Shown here: positions 9,212 to 18,397 of the stretch, one piece after another
Layout: every line of letters begins with the position of its first letter
Position numbering within the stretch: position 1 is the first letter of the stretch
Notes under the pieces: model-generated
What the model was told of the DNA's origin: nothing
The model's database searches: none
The model's input: only the letters and a program-made list of their open reading frames with translations
Translations under genes and position numbers: made by a program
DNA from: a virus
Lineage: Duplodnaviria; Caudoviricetes
IMG/VR virus record: IMGVR_UViG_3300006169_000164
Span: 1 to 39,512 of that record
Length of the DNA stretch: 39,512 bases
Strand: one strand, 5' to 3'

Positions 9212-9697
9212 ATGCCGTCTTACGATTCGGACGCGCTCGCCGGGTTCGACGAATTCTTCGGCCGCATCCTCGCCGGATTGACCCCGGCCGCGCGGCGGAG
9301 AGCATCGCTCAAGCTCGGCCGTCTGCTGCTGCGCAGCAATCTCAAGCGCATCGCCGCCAACGTCGAGCCCGAGGGTGGCAGGATGGAAGCGCGCAAGCCA
9401 AGGCTCGACCGTCGCGGGCGGCTGCGCAAGAACCGCGGCGGCAAGATGTTTCGCCGCTTGCGCCTGGCCGGGCTGTGGCGGGTCGACGCACAAGCCGACA
9501 GCGTCGAGATCAGGCTGAAGAAGGGCGACCGTGTCGCCGCGACGCATCACTTCGGCGAGAAAGGCTTCGTCGGCCGCGCGCCGGACGGGCGCCCGATCCG
9601 CGCCCGCTACGCCGAGCGCCGCCTGCTCGGCTTTTCGAAGGACGATGAGCAGCTGGCGCTCGATGTGGCGGCCGAGCTTCTGGAGTCCGGGCGGTGA
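9212..9697 (+). CDS. S: Virion morphogenesis protein, gpS
   Basis: RIAANVEPEG, KMFRRLR, AATHHFG, YAERRLLGF. Confidence 0.88.
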   Translation: MPSYDSDALAGFDEFFGRILAGLTPAARRRASLKLGRLLLRSNLKRIAANVEPEGGRMEARKPRLDRRGRLRKNRGGKMFRRLRLAGLWRVDAQADSVEIRLKKGDRVAATHHFGEKGFVGRAPDGRPIRARYAERRLLGFSKDDEQLALDVAAELLESGR

Positions 9698-9701
9698 TGC
9701 C

Positions 9702-9722
9702 GGGTAACGGGGGGCGTTACCC
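9702..9722. promoter_or_regulatory. Late-promoter palindrome 2 upstream of J
   Basis: GGGTAAC-ggggggc-GTTACCC, 47 nt before the J ATG. Confidence 0.75.
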
Positions 9723-9769
9723 GTCCCACCGCTTCCCGATCCGCGCGCGCGACGGGTAGGTCCATCTTC

Positions 9770-10672
9770 ATGGCTGACAGCACCGCCACTTCGACCGCCG
9801 TCGACCTGTCGCGGCTCCCCGCGCCCGACGTGGTGGAGGCGCTCGATTACGAGACGATCCTCGCGGCACTGACCGCCGACCTCGCCGCGCGCCTGCCCGA
9901 CTTCGACGCGTTCCTCGAAAGCGACCCGGTCATCAAGCTGCTCGAGATCGTCGCCTATCGCGAGGTGCTGCTGCGCCAGCGGGTCAACGACGCCGCCCGC
10001 GCCAACATGATCGCCTATGCGCTCGGCGGCGATCTCGACAACCTCGCGGCGCTGTTCGGCGTGACCCGCCTCGAGCTGGCGCCGGCGGTTCCGGAGACCG
10101 GCACCGCGGCGGTGCTGGAGTCGGATGCGGATTTGCGCCGCCGCGTCGTGCTGGCGCCCGATTCCTATTCGGTCGCCGGTCCCCGCGCCGCCTACGTGTT
10201 CCACGCGCTCTCGGCCGACGGCGACGTGCTCGACGCGTCGGCGACCAGCCCGGCGCCGGGCGAGGTGGTGATCTCCGTGCTGTCCCGCGACGGCGACGGC
10301 ACCGCCGGCGCGCCGCTGCTCGCCACGGTCGCGGCGGTGGTCAACGCCGACGACACTCGCCCGTTGACCGACCTGGTGACCGTCCAGTCCGCCGGGATCG
10401 TCAGCTTCGCGGTCGAGGCCACGCTCACGCTCTACTCCGGCCCCGACCCCGCGCTGGTGCTTGCCAATGCGCAGACGGCGGTGACCGCCCTTCTCGCCTC
10501 GCAGCGCCGGGTCGGCCGCGACGTGACTCGATCGGCGCTGATCGCCGCGCTCCACACCGGCGGAGTCCAGAACGTCGCGCTGATCTCCCCCGCGGCGGAT
10601 GTCGCGATCGGCGAGACCGAGGCCGCATGGGCGGAGACGGTCGAGATCACGGTCGCGGGGATCGCGGAATGA
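9770..10672 (+). CDS. J: Baseplate assembly protein J
   Basis: VDLSRLPAPDVVEALDYETIL, ESDPVIKLLE, SVAGPRAAY, RPLTDLVTV. Confidence 0.95.
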   Translation: MADSTATSTAVDLSRLPAPDVVEALDYETILAALTADLAARLPDFDAFLESDPVIKLLEIVAYREVLLRQRVNDAARANMIAYALGGDLDNLAALFGVTRLELAPAVPETGTAAVLESDADLRRRVVLAPDSYSVAGPRAAYVFHALSADGDVLDASATSPAPGEVVISVLSRDGDGTAGAPLLATVAAVVNADDTRPLTDLVTVQSAGIVSFAVEATLTLYSGPDPALVLANAQTAVTALLASQRRVGRDVTRSALIAALHTGGVQNVALISPAADVAIGETEAAWAETVEITVAGIAE

Positions 10673-11304
10673 GCTTGCTGCCTCCCAACGCTTCCGGCCT
10701 GGAAACCGCCGTCGAAGCGACGGTCGGGCGGCTGTCGGACGTGCCGATGCCGATCCGTACGCTGTGGAACCCCGCTACCTGCCCGGCCGAGCTGCTGCCC
10801 TGGCTCGGGTGGGGTGTGTCGATCGACTTCTGGGACCCGGCCTGGACGGTGCCGGAGAAGCGCGCGGCCATCGCCGGCGCGATCGACGCGCAGCGCCGCA
10901 AGGGAACGCCGGCGAGCCTGCGCGCCGTGCTCGATCGCTTCGACCCGCTGCTCGGCATGGTCGAATGGTTCGAGGACCGTGACGTGATGGCGCCGCACAC
11001 GTTCCGCCTCGAGATACCGCTCGCGGCCGAAAGCGACGTTGTCTACGACGCGGAGCTGGTCGCCAACCTGCTGCGCGACATCGCCGCGGTGAAGCCGCTG
11101 CGCAGCCACATGCAGGCGGTCCACAAGCTCGCGCTCGAGGCCAAGGGCTGGTTGCTGTCGGGCGCGATGCTGGCCGGCTTCGAACGCCACGACGCCGTGG
11201 TCGACCTCGACACCCCCGACGATCCGGTCTGGGCCGATTACCTGCAGACCGAGTATGGCGAGCCGGTGTCCGGCCCCGACGGCGAGCTGCTGGAGACGTC
11301 CTGA
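10669..11304 (+). CDS. I: Tail/baseplate protein I
   Basis: MSLLPPNAS, LWNPATCPAELLPWLGWGVSID, RRKGT; ATGA overlap with J. Confidence 0.93.
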   Translation: MSLLPPNASGLETAVEATVGRLSDVPMPIRTLWNPATCPAELLPWLGWGVSIDFWDPAWTVPEKRAAIAGAIDAQRRKGTPASLRAVLDRFDPLLGMVEWFEDRDVMAPHTFRLEIPLAAESDVVYDAELVANLLRDIAAVKPLRSHMQAVHKLALEAKGWLLSGAMLAGFERHDAVVDLDTPDDPVWADYLQTEYGEPVSGPDGELLETS

Positions 11305-11390
11305 TGGCCCTACCGCCTGTCGTCTACATGAGGGCCGTCCTGATGCGCCCTATTGCCTTTCGGCTGCTTGAGGGCCGGCGCTGATGGCCC
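11301..11390 (+). repeat. Two tandem family A units flanked by a 10-bp direct repeat CTGATGGCCC
   Basis: Units at 11307-11335 and 11347-11375; CTGATGGCCC at 11301-11310 and 11381-11390. Confidence 0.8.
11304..11384 (+). CDS. 26-aa mini-ORF bridging I and H
   Basis: TGATG overlaps at both ends; MALPPVVYMRAVLMRPIAFRLLEGRR. Confidence 0.4.
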   Translation: MALPPVVYMRAVLMRPIAFRLLEGRR

Positions 11391-12634
11391 CGCTCTCGCT
11401 CATCATCTCCGACGCCGGCCGCGACGCGCTGGTCGACGCCGAGAACGGCGACACCGACCCGATCGTGATCGCGGAGATCGGCCTGTCCGAAGCCGCGGTG
11501 GTCGCCGCGCCGACGCTCGAGCTGCTCAACGGCGAGTTCAAGCGCATCGACACGTTCGCCGGCCAGTCGATCTCGCCCACGGTCATCCACATGACCGCGC
11601 AGGATGTCAGCGACGACGCCTACGAGCTGCGCTCGATCGCGCTCTACCTCGCCGACGGGACGCTGTTCGCGGCCTATGGCCAGGACGATCCGATCTTCAC
11701 CAAGGTCTCGATCGCGGTGTTCCTGGTCGCCTTCGACGTGGCCTTCAACGCCGACGTGGCCGCCAGCATCGAGTTCGGCGACGCAAGCTTCCTCTACCCG
11801 CCCGCCACCGAGACGATCAAAGGCGTCGCCGAGCTGGCCACGCAAGCGGAGACCGACGCCGGCGCCGACGATCAGCGCACCGTCACGCCCCTCAAGCTCA
11901 AGGTCCGGCTCGATGCCGCGCTGGCGGCGCTCTCGGCGACGCTGACCGCCGCGATCGACGCGGTCGAGGCCGCCGCCACCGCCGCGATCGACGCGCTGTC
12001 GACCGCCACCACCAACGCCCTCAACACCTTGGCCGCGCGGACGATCACCGGCGGCGGCCTCGCCACCGGCGGCGGCGACCTGTCGGCCAACCGGACGATC
12101 ACGGTCGCCGCCGCCAGTCTGGCCGAGACCGATGCCGGCGCGATCGGCGACAAGGCGGTGGTGCCGTCCGCCCTCGCCAACATCCTCGCCAACATCGCGG
12201 CGCTACTTGCGCGCACGATCACCGGCGGCGGCCTGGTCACCGGCGGCGGCGACCTCTCGGCCAACCGGACCTTGACCGTCACGGCCGCCAGCGGCGCCGA
12301 GATCGCCACCGGCACCGAGAACGGCAAGGCCGTGACGCCGGCGGCCATCGCCGGGGTGCCGCAGAGCGCCAGTCAGCACATCGGCCTCGGCGGTGCCATC
12401 GTGAAGATGGGCACCGTTTCGACGGCAGCGAGCGCGACCACGCCGGTGACGTTTCCGGTCGGCTTCCCGACCGCCTGCGACCAGGTGCTCTGCACTCCGC
12501 TCGGCGACGAGGACAACGGCGACGAGCCGGACGAGACCTGGTGGCGCAGCGCGATGAGCTCGACCGGCTTCTCGATCTCGCGCCAGGGCGATGGGCCGAC
12601 GATCAGCTTCGCCTGGGTGGCGTGGGGGCGGTGA
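11384..12634 (+). CDS. H: Tail fibre protein, gpH-like
   Basis: N-terminal anchor (IALYLADGTLFA), ATETIKGVAELAT, two TITGGGL.TGGGDLSANRT repeats, C-terminal TFPVGFPTAC...WVAWG domain. Confidence 0.88.
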   Translation: MAPLSLIISDAGRDALVDAENGDTDPIVIAEIGLSEAAVVAAPTLELLNGEFKRIDTFAGQSISPTVIHMTAQDVSDDAYELRSIALYLADGTLFAAYGQDDPIFTKVSIAVFLVAFDVAFNADVAASIEFGDASFLYPPATETIKGVAELATQAETDAGADDQRTVTPLKLKVRLDAALAALSATLTAAIDAVEAAATAAIDALSTATTNALNTLAARTITGGGLATGGGDLSANRTITVAAASLAETDAGAIGDKAVVPSALANILANIAALLARTITGGGLVTGGGDLSANRTLTVTAASGAEIATGTENGKAVTPAAIAGVPQSASQHIGLGGAIVKMGTVSTAASATTPVTFPVGFPTACDQVLCTPLGDEDNGDEPDETWWRSAMSSTGFSISRQGDGPTISFAWVAWGR

Positions 12635-12636
12635 GC

Positions 12637-13095
12637 ATGCGGATTTTCTACAGCCCTTCGCTGCGGGGCTTCTTCGGCCCAGACGTGCACGATCCGATGC
12701 CGGTGGATGCCGTCCACCGCGTCACGACGAAGCGCCATGCGGAACTGCTCGCCGGCCAGGAACAGGGCGCGCGCATCGTACCGGGGCCGAAGGGCGCGCC
12801 GGTGCTCGAATGGCCCGATCGCAGCGCCGCCGCGCAGCGCGCCGAGCTGGCGCGGGCGATCAAGCGCGAGGCGCGCCGCCGCATCAACGCCTTCGCCCCG
12901 GCGTGGCGCCAGCTCAACGACTTGCGCGAGCCCTCTCCGGCGGGCGCGGCGCGCTTCGCGGCGGTCGACGCGATCCGTTCAGCCTCGGCCGCGCTCGAAG
13001 CGATCGTTGCCGACCTCCCGGCCGGCGCGCTCGCCGCCTTCGACACGGCGCGTCACTCGGCGTGGCCCGCCGTCAGCTTCGAGGACCCCGCCTGA
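12637..13095 (+). CDS. Tail fibre assembly chaperone-like protein
   Basis: MRIFYSPSLRGFF...MPVDAV...HAELLAGQEQGARIV..GAPVL; follows the fibre gene; GTG 12631 is an alternative start. Confidence 0.75.
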   Translation: MRIFYSPSLRGFFGPDVHDPMPVDAVHRVTTKRHAELLAGQEQGARIVPGPKGAPVLEWPDRSAAAQRAELARAIKREARRRINAFAPAWRQLNDLREPSPAGAARFAAVDAIRSASAALEAIVADLPAGALAAFDTARHSAWPAVSFEDPA

Positions 13096-15902
13096 TGGCC
13101 AAGATCACCGCCCTTCCCGCCGCCGATCCGCTGGCGATCAACGGCACCGAGGTCGTGCCGATCGTGAAGGGCGGCACGATGCAGCAGGCCACGCTCGCGC
13201 AGCTGACCCAAGCGGCGGTCGCGCAGGCCGAAGCCGCCGCCGCCGCTGCCATCGCGCTCAACAACTATCGGCCCACCTTCGATGCAGCGACTGCAGACTT
13301 CGCCATCGGCGAATACTTCACTTGTGACGAAGACGGCGGCTTGAACGCCTATGAGCGCATTGCCGACGCGCCCGGTTACGAGCATCGTCCGGCGCTCGAT
13401 CCGGTCACACGCGCCGACCTCGGCATCGTGGTCCGCGGCACCGGCGACGCCGACGCCGACACGGCGCGCCTCCAGGCCGCCGCGGTCGCCGTTGAAGATG
13501 GGGGCCGCATCCGGCTGATCGGCGAGTTCGTGCTCAACGCGCAGACCGCGTTCGTCGGACGCGACGAGATCAAGATCGTCTGCGAGCCCGGAGTCGCCAT
13601 CACCATCGCGGACGTGGCCTGGCCGGCGAACACGCCCGCGATCCTGTTCCGCGACTGCACCCGCTGCGGTGTGCTCGGCATGCCGAGGATCGACTGCAAC
13701 CTGCAGGACACCGTCGCCGTCATGGCCATTTCGACGGACGCGACGGGGTGGACGGCGCTCGAGGACATGGGCAGCGCCGATTTCACCGTCGAGGTCGAAA
13801 TTCGCAACTGCGCCACGCGCGGCGTGGCGGTGCGCGGCGTCAAGGGGGTGAAGGCCCGCGTCGTCGGGCGATTCAAGAACGACGACTGCCATTTCGTTGA
13901 GATCGCGCGCAGCGACGATGTGGATGTCTGGCTCGATCTCGACGGACTGCGGCCCGACGGAACGATGGCTCCAGGCACCGACAACGGTGGCAGCGGCATC
14001 TGCGTTTCCCCTGGCATCTGGGGCGGCGAGTTCGCCACTGGCGCCGGCATCAACTTCCTTTACCCGACCACCTTCAACGACGCCTGCCGGCGAACCGCGC
14101 CCGTCGCCGCCGCGGCCACCAACGTCGCGACGTTCAGCTTCCTTGGCGACGACTACCCGGCGACGATCGTCCCCTATCCCGCGCATGCCACGTTCGAGGA
14201 CCACACCTGGCGCTTTCACATCGTCGAGCAAGGCCCCGGCGGACGGGACATCCGCCCGAAGCAGATCACGGTGACGGCGGTCGACAGTGTCGCCAAGACG
14301 ATCACGGTCGCGTTGGTCGGCATGGACGGCGTCACGCCCCAAAACTGGGACGGGGAGGTGCTCTACCTCTACGGCTTCCTCGAGAGCCACATGTGCAATC
14401 GGGTCCGAGTGACCGGCACCGTGGTCAACACTTCCGGCGCCGGCAGCTTCCTGCTCGCCTGCAAGGGCGGCGTCAACGACCGCCTGGTCACCAAGAACAA
14501 CCGCGACATCGGCTCTGACATCGAGTGGGGGGTGGATTGCGGCAACCTGTACCCGGTCGACCTGACCGACGACGACTTCGCCGCCAACGCGTCCGCCGCG
14601 GTGCTCTACAGCCTCGGCGACAATTACAACATCGGAGGGCGCGGCAAGAAGCGCACGATCGTGCTCGGCTCGGGCGAAATCGGCGGGAAGGTGACGATCA
14701 GCGACACCAATACCCCGATCAGCGTAGGGACGAACCGCGCCCTTCCCTGCCTGATTGATCACCTGGTGATCGAAAATTGCCAGCCTCCCGCGGGCGTCAA
14801 CGGGTTCGTCATTTACCCTGCAGGCGTCACGCTAGGCGAGGGCGGTGGTGGCGAGAGCGGTGTCAAAAACTGCATCAAGCTTCTCGACGTCGAAGGCTGC
14901 CACTTCTCCGGCCTGTCCCAGAACGGCCTGCTCCTGCAGGCGGTCGGCTACACCCGCATCCACAATTGCACCGCGGATGGCATCGGCCTGCGCCTGGTCA
15001 ATATCCGGGGCACGGCGGGCCAGGACGGCGGCGGCGAAGTGGTCAACTGCCGTTTGCGGGAGTTTACCCGGGTCTGGATCGGCAACCCCCTCGTGCGCTT
15101 CGGCTCGGCCGCCGCCGCTCCGACTTGGTACTTCGAGAACATCGACCTCGCCGATGCCGGCGTCGACAGCGTCGGCGGGACGATGACCGCGCGCGCGGCG
15201 CTCTACCGCAACTCGGCAGGCACGATCCTGCCGTCGCCGCGCCGTCCGAACAGCGCCACCGGGGCGATGATCGGATCGAACAATCTCTCGGAGATCACCA
15301 CCCCGGCCACGGCGCGCACGAACCTCGGGCTGGGATCGACCGCGACGCTCAACACGGGAACGAGCGGCGGCACGGTGGCCTTGTGCAACGGCGCCAACAA
15401 CTGGAGCGCCAACAACACGTTTTCGGCCTCGCTGATCGCGACGGGCGGGACGATCTGGCTTAACGGGGCCGGGGCCAGCAATCTCCTGATCTTCAATACC
15501 AGCGGCACCGGCGCTCCGACGTTCACGACGCGCAGCGCGGGAACCAAGATCACGATCTATCCGTCCCTGACCGGCGCGGCGGTGGACTACGGCATCGGTG
15601 GCGAGGCGGGCGCGCTCTGGTTCTCCACGCCGACCAACACGAGCGCACACAGCTTCAAGTTCTACGGCGGCACCACCGCCATCGCGACCTTGCGCGGCGA
15701 CGGGCAGCTTTCGATCGCCGGCGCGGTCATCCCCGGCTCATTCACTGTCGCCACCATGCCCGCTTCGAACGATGGGGCCATCGCCTTCGCCACCAACGGG
15801 CGCAAGGGCGCCGAAGGGGTCGGAGCCGGAACCGGCGTCATGGCCTATCGCGATGGCGGCGCCTGGTATCGCATGTCCGACGACACCGTTCTTGCCGCCT
15901 GA
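13095..15902 (+). CDS. Large tail spike / second receptor-binding protein, probably beta-helical (935 aa)
   Basis: TGATG coupling; MAKITALP anchor; DADTARLQAAA entry motif; Gly/Asn/Val-rich repeats; NNLSEI...ARTNLGLG fibre motif near the C-terminus. Confidence 0.7.
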   Translation: MAKITALPAADPLAINGTEVVPIVKGGTMQQATLAQLTQAAVAQAEAAAAAAIALNNYRPTFDAATADFAIGEYFTCDEDGGLNAYERIADAPGYEHRPALDPVTRADLGIVVRGTGDADADTARLQAAAVAVEDGGRIRLIGEFVLNAQTAFVGRDEIKIVCEPGVAITIADVAWPANTPAILFRDCTRCGVLGMPRIDCNLQDTVAVMAISTDATGWTALEDMGSADFTVEVEIRNCATRGVAVRGVKGVKARVVGRFKNDDCHFVEIARSDDVDVWLDLDGLRPDGTMAPGTDNGGSGICVSPGIWGGEFATGAGINFLYPTTFNDACRRTAPVAAAATNVATFSFLGDDYPATIVPYPAHATFEDHTWRFHIVEQGPGGRDIRPKQITVTAVDSVAKTITVALVGMDGVTPQNWDGEVLYLYGFLESHMCNRVRVTGTVVNTSGAGSFLLACKGGVNDRLVTKNNRDIGSDIEWGVDCGNLYPVDLTDDDFAANASAAVLYSLGDNYNIGGRGKKRTIVLGSGEIGGKVTISDTNTPISVGTNRALPCLIDHLVIENCQPPAGVNGFVIYPAGVTLGEGGGGESGVKNCIKLLDVEGCHFSGLSQNGLLLQAVGYTRIHNCTADGIGLRLVNIRGTAGQDGGGEVVNCRLREFTRVWIGNPLVRFGSAAAAPTWYFENIDLADAGVDSVGGTMTARAALYRNSAGTILPSPRRPNSATGAMIGSNNLSEITTPATARTNLGLGSTATLNTGTSGGTVALCNGANNWSANNTFSASLIATGGTIWLNGAGASNLLIFNTSGTGAPTFTTRSAGTKITIYPSLTGAAVDYGIGGEAGALWFSTPTNTSAHSFKFYGGTTAIATLRGDGQLSIAGAVIPGSFTVATMPASNDGAIAFATNGRKGAEGVGAGTGVMAYRDGGAWYRMSDDTVLAA

Positions 15903-15913
15903 AGGATACCATC

Positions 15914-16309
15914 ATGGCCCGCCGCCTCGAAACCTGCCTCTACGAAATCCTGCTCCGCTTCGACGCCGATGGCCTGCGCGGCGCTCATGTTCAGGACCTC
16001 GACCGCATCCTCGACGGCGACGAAGTCGTCTCGGAAATCCCGAGCCCGGCCCGCGCTGTCACGGTCGCGGAAGTGGGCGACCTGCTCGGTAAAGAGAACG
16101 TCGAGTTCATCGGGAAGGCTGTCGAGCATCGCGAGGCCGTCGAGCAGGCCCGGGATCGGGCAGCGGAGGCCGAGGCTCGCGCTTCGCAGCTTGCGACCCA
16201 GCTTGAGGCCATGGCCGGTCAGCTCGCCGATGCGCAGGCGCAGGTCGCCGCGCGTGAAAGCCAGCTCGAGGCTCTCGCCGCCCAGTCCAACTCGCCGGTC
16301 CCGGCATGA
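15914..16309 (+). CDS. Hypothetical protein with C-terminal coiled coil
   Basis: AAGGA RBS; LYEILLRFD..GAHV; Ala/Glu/Gln heptads; ATGA overlap with the endolysin. Confidence 0.75.
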   Translation: MARRLETCLYEILLRFDADGLRGAHVQDLDRILDGDEVVSEIPSPARAVTVAEVGDLLGKENVEFIGKAVEHREAVEQARDRAAEAEARASQLATQLEAMAGQLADAQAQVAARESQLEALAAQSNSPVPA

Positions 16310-16932
16310 ACCGCAAGCCGATCTTCGACGCCGTCCGCCGCTTGCTCGGGCGTGGCTTCACCCCTGCCGACGTGGCCGCGATCGACGCCGCGATCGAGGC
16401 TGGGCTCAAGCCGGCCAGCGCGGTGCCCGATGCGCCGAGCGAGGCCGAGCGGGCCGGCAATCCCGAACGGGTCGGCGACGAAGGGATCGCGCTGGTCAAG
16501 CGCTTCGAAGGGTGCGCCAAGCGCCGGTCCTCCGATCTGTTCGAAGCCTATCCGGACCCCGGCACCGGCGGCGCGCCGTGGACCATCGGATGGGGCGCGA
16601 CCGGCCCCGGCATCGGCCCGGGCACCGTGTGGAGCCAGGCGCAGTGCGACGCGCGGCTCGAGCAGGATCTGGCGCGCCATGCCCGCGACGTGGTGAACGC
16701 GCTCGGCGGCGCGCCGACCAGCCAGGCGCAATTCGATGCGCTGGTCAGCTTCCACTACAACACCGGCGCGATCGGCCGCGCGACCCTGACCCGCCGGCAT
16801 CGTGCCGGGGACTTCGAAGGCGCGGCGCGCGAGTTCGCCAAATGGAATCGTGCCGGGGGGCGCGTGCTCGCGGGATTGGTGCGGCGACGGGCCGCGGAAG
16901 CCGCGCTCTACCGGGAAGGGATCGCAAAATGA
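16306..16932 (+). CDS. Endolysin, GH24 lysozyme
   Basis: KRFEG, AYPDPGTGGAPWTIGWG, QFDALVSFHYNTG, GLVRRRAAE. Confidence 0.95.
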   Translation: MNRKPIFDAVRRLLGRGFTPADVAAIDAAIEAGLKPASAVPDAPSEAERAGNPERVGDEGIALVKRFEGCAKRRSSDLFEAYPDPGTGGAPWTIGWGATGPGIGPGTVWSQAQCDARLEQDLARHARDVVNALGGAPTSQAQFDALVSFHYNTGAIGRATLTRRHRAGDFEGAAREFAKWNRAGGRVLAGLVRRRAAEAALYREGIAK

Positions 16933-17237
16933 CTCCGTGGATCGAGGCGCTCGGCGCCAAGTACGGGTGGATATTCATCGGGCTGACCTTCGGCCTGGCC
17001 GCCAAGTATGCGTTGCTGATCAAGCGCGGTGTGCGCGTTCGTCCGGCGCTGATCGCGGCCGATGCGCTGCTGCTGCCGATGGTGGCGCTGATCTCCTATT
17101 CGATCGTGCTGCAGCTCGGCGCGACGGGCGAGATTGCGGCCCTGCTGACCGCGCTCGGCACCGTCGGCGCCGACCGCCTGGTCAAGCTCTATACCGAGCG
17201 CTTCTTCGCCCAGGTCGACAAGAGCACCGCGCTGTGA
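16929..17237 (+). CDS. Probable holin
   Basis: 102 aa with about three hydrophobic segments, between the endolysin and the spanins; ATGA overlap. Confidence 0.7.
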   Translation: MTPWIEALGAKYGWIFIGLTFGLAAKYALLIKRGVRVRPALIAADALLLPMVALISYSIVLQLGATGEIAALLTALGTVGADRLVKLYTERFFAQVDKSTAL

Positions 17238-17605
17238 GCTGGCTGTCCGCCAAGGCGCTGTTCGGCCTCGCGCGGGGGTGGTGGCTGCTGATCGTCCTCG
17301 CCGCCGCCATCGCGCTCTGGCTGTGGCTGGGCGCCGCGGAACGGGCCGACGATGCGGTCAACCGTGAGATCGGCGCCGCCGGCGCGGTCGTCGCCGGCCA
17401 GAACACCACTCTCGACCAGGTAGGAGCGGCCCATGAGGCAGGTAATCAGGTTCGCGGTGATCGCAGCCGCGCTAAGTTTGACCAGTGCATGCGCGACGCG
17501 GCAGAAGGATTCGCCGGCAGCTGCGAGCGATATCGCCCGCTCGAGCCTGTGCCTGATCGACCGCAAGATTCCGCTGCGACCGGCGCCGGAGGCCGGCGCC
17601 GCTGA
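17234..17605 (+). CDS. Inner-membrane spanin (Rz-like)
   Basis: GTGA overlap; N-terminal TM WWLLIVLAAAIALWLWLG; overlapped by a lipoprotein ORF. Confidence 0.7.
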   Translation: MSWLSAKALFGLARGWWLLIVLAAAIALWLWLGAAERADDAVNREIGAAGAVVAGQNTTLDQVGAAHEAGNQVRGDRSRAKFDQCMRDAAEGFAGSCERYRPLEPVPDRPQDSAATGAGGRRR

Positions 17606-17693
17606 TCCGGGCAACCGCTTCGACAGCGACGAAACGACCGATGCGCTCGCGGAGCACAACGCGCGCTTCGACGCCGCTTGCCCTCCAGCCTGA
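17433..17693 (+). CDS. Outer-membrane spanin lipoprotein (Rz1-like)
   Basis: Signal peptide with lipobox (LTSA-C), out-of-frame overlap with Rz, ends FDAACPPA. Confidence 0.75.
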   Translation: MRQVIRFAVIAAALSLTSACATRQKDSPAAASDIARSSLCLIDRKIPLRPAPEAGAADPGNRFDSDETTDALAEHNARFDAACPPA

Positions 17694-17705
17694 CGGGGCG
17701 AGCCG

Positions 17706-18320
17706 ATGAAGCGCCAGGAAGACATCCCCGCCGACATCGCCGAGCTGGTGCGGCTCGGCACTGTGATCGAGGTCGATCTCGCCGAAGCGCGCTGCCGCGT
17801 TCGCTACGGCGATCCCGACAGCGACGACGAGCCCGCCGCGTCGGGGTGGGTGCGCTGGCTGACCGGGCGCGCCGGCGAGACGCGCACCTGGTCGCCCCCA
17901 AGCGAGGGAGAGCAGGTGGTCCTGCTCTGCCCCGACGGTCAGCTCGGCGCCGCGGTGGCGCTGTGCGGCATCGTGCAGGACGCGTTCCCTGCCGTGGGCG
18001 ACAGCGTGACCGAGCTGATCGAGTGGAGCGATGGCGCGAGGATCAGCTACGACCCCGACGGGTCCGAGCTGCGCGCCGAGCTTCCCGCCGGCGCGACGGT
18101 CACCGTGATCTCGCCGGGCGGCGTGACGATCGAGGCCGAGGACGGCGTGTCGATAGTCGGGCCGGTCTCGATCGAGGGAGACGTGACGATCGACGGCGAT
18201 GTGGCCGTGACCGGCAGGATCGAGGCCGAGGGCGACGTGACCGCCGCCGGGGTCAGCCTCGAAACCCATCGCCATCCGGGCGTGACCGCCGGCGGCGCCC
18301 AGACCGGACAGCCTGTCTGA
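17706..18320 (+). CDS. V: Baseplate spike protein V
   Basis: LVRLGTVIEVD, RAGETRTWSPPSEGEQV, DGARISYD, SLETHRHPGV. Confidence 0.93.
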   Translation: MKRQEDIPADIAELVRLGTVIEVDLAEARCRVRYGDPDSDDEPAASGWVRWLTGRAGETRTWSPPSEGEQVVLLCPDGQLGAAVALCGIVQDAFPAVGDSVTELIEWSDGARISYDPDGSELRAELPAGATVTVISPGGVTIEAEDGVSIVGPVSIEGDVTIDGDVAVTGRIEAEGDVTAAGVSLETHRHPGVTAGGAQTGQPV

Positions 18321-18331
18321 AGCCGGGCATC

Positions 18332-18352
18332 GGGTAACGGCCCGCGTTACCC
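18332..18352. promoter_or_regulatory. Late-promoter palindrome 3 upstream of W
   Basis: GGGTAAC-ggcccgc-GTTACCC, 45 nt before the W ATG. Confidence 0.75.
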
Positions 18353-18397
18353 GGCCGCGCACTGGAGGTTTTCGCCCGCGCGCGTTTCAAGCAGCGC

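Noticed and set aside
12041-12280. Duplicated GGGDLSANRT segments in H
   Set aside because: Ordinary tail-fibre shaft repeats
11384-15902. Invertible tail-fibre cassette
   Set aside because: All genes are co-directional, no flanking inverted sites were seen, and the only recombinase is a large serine integrase
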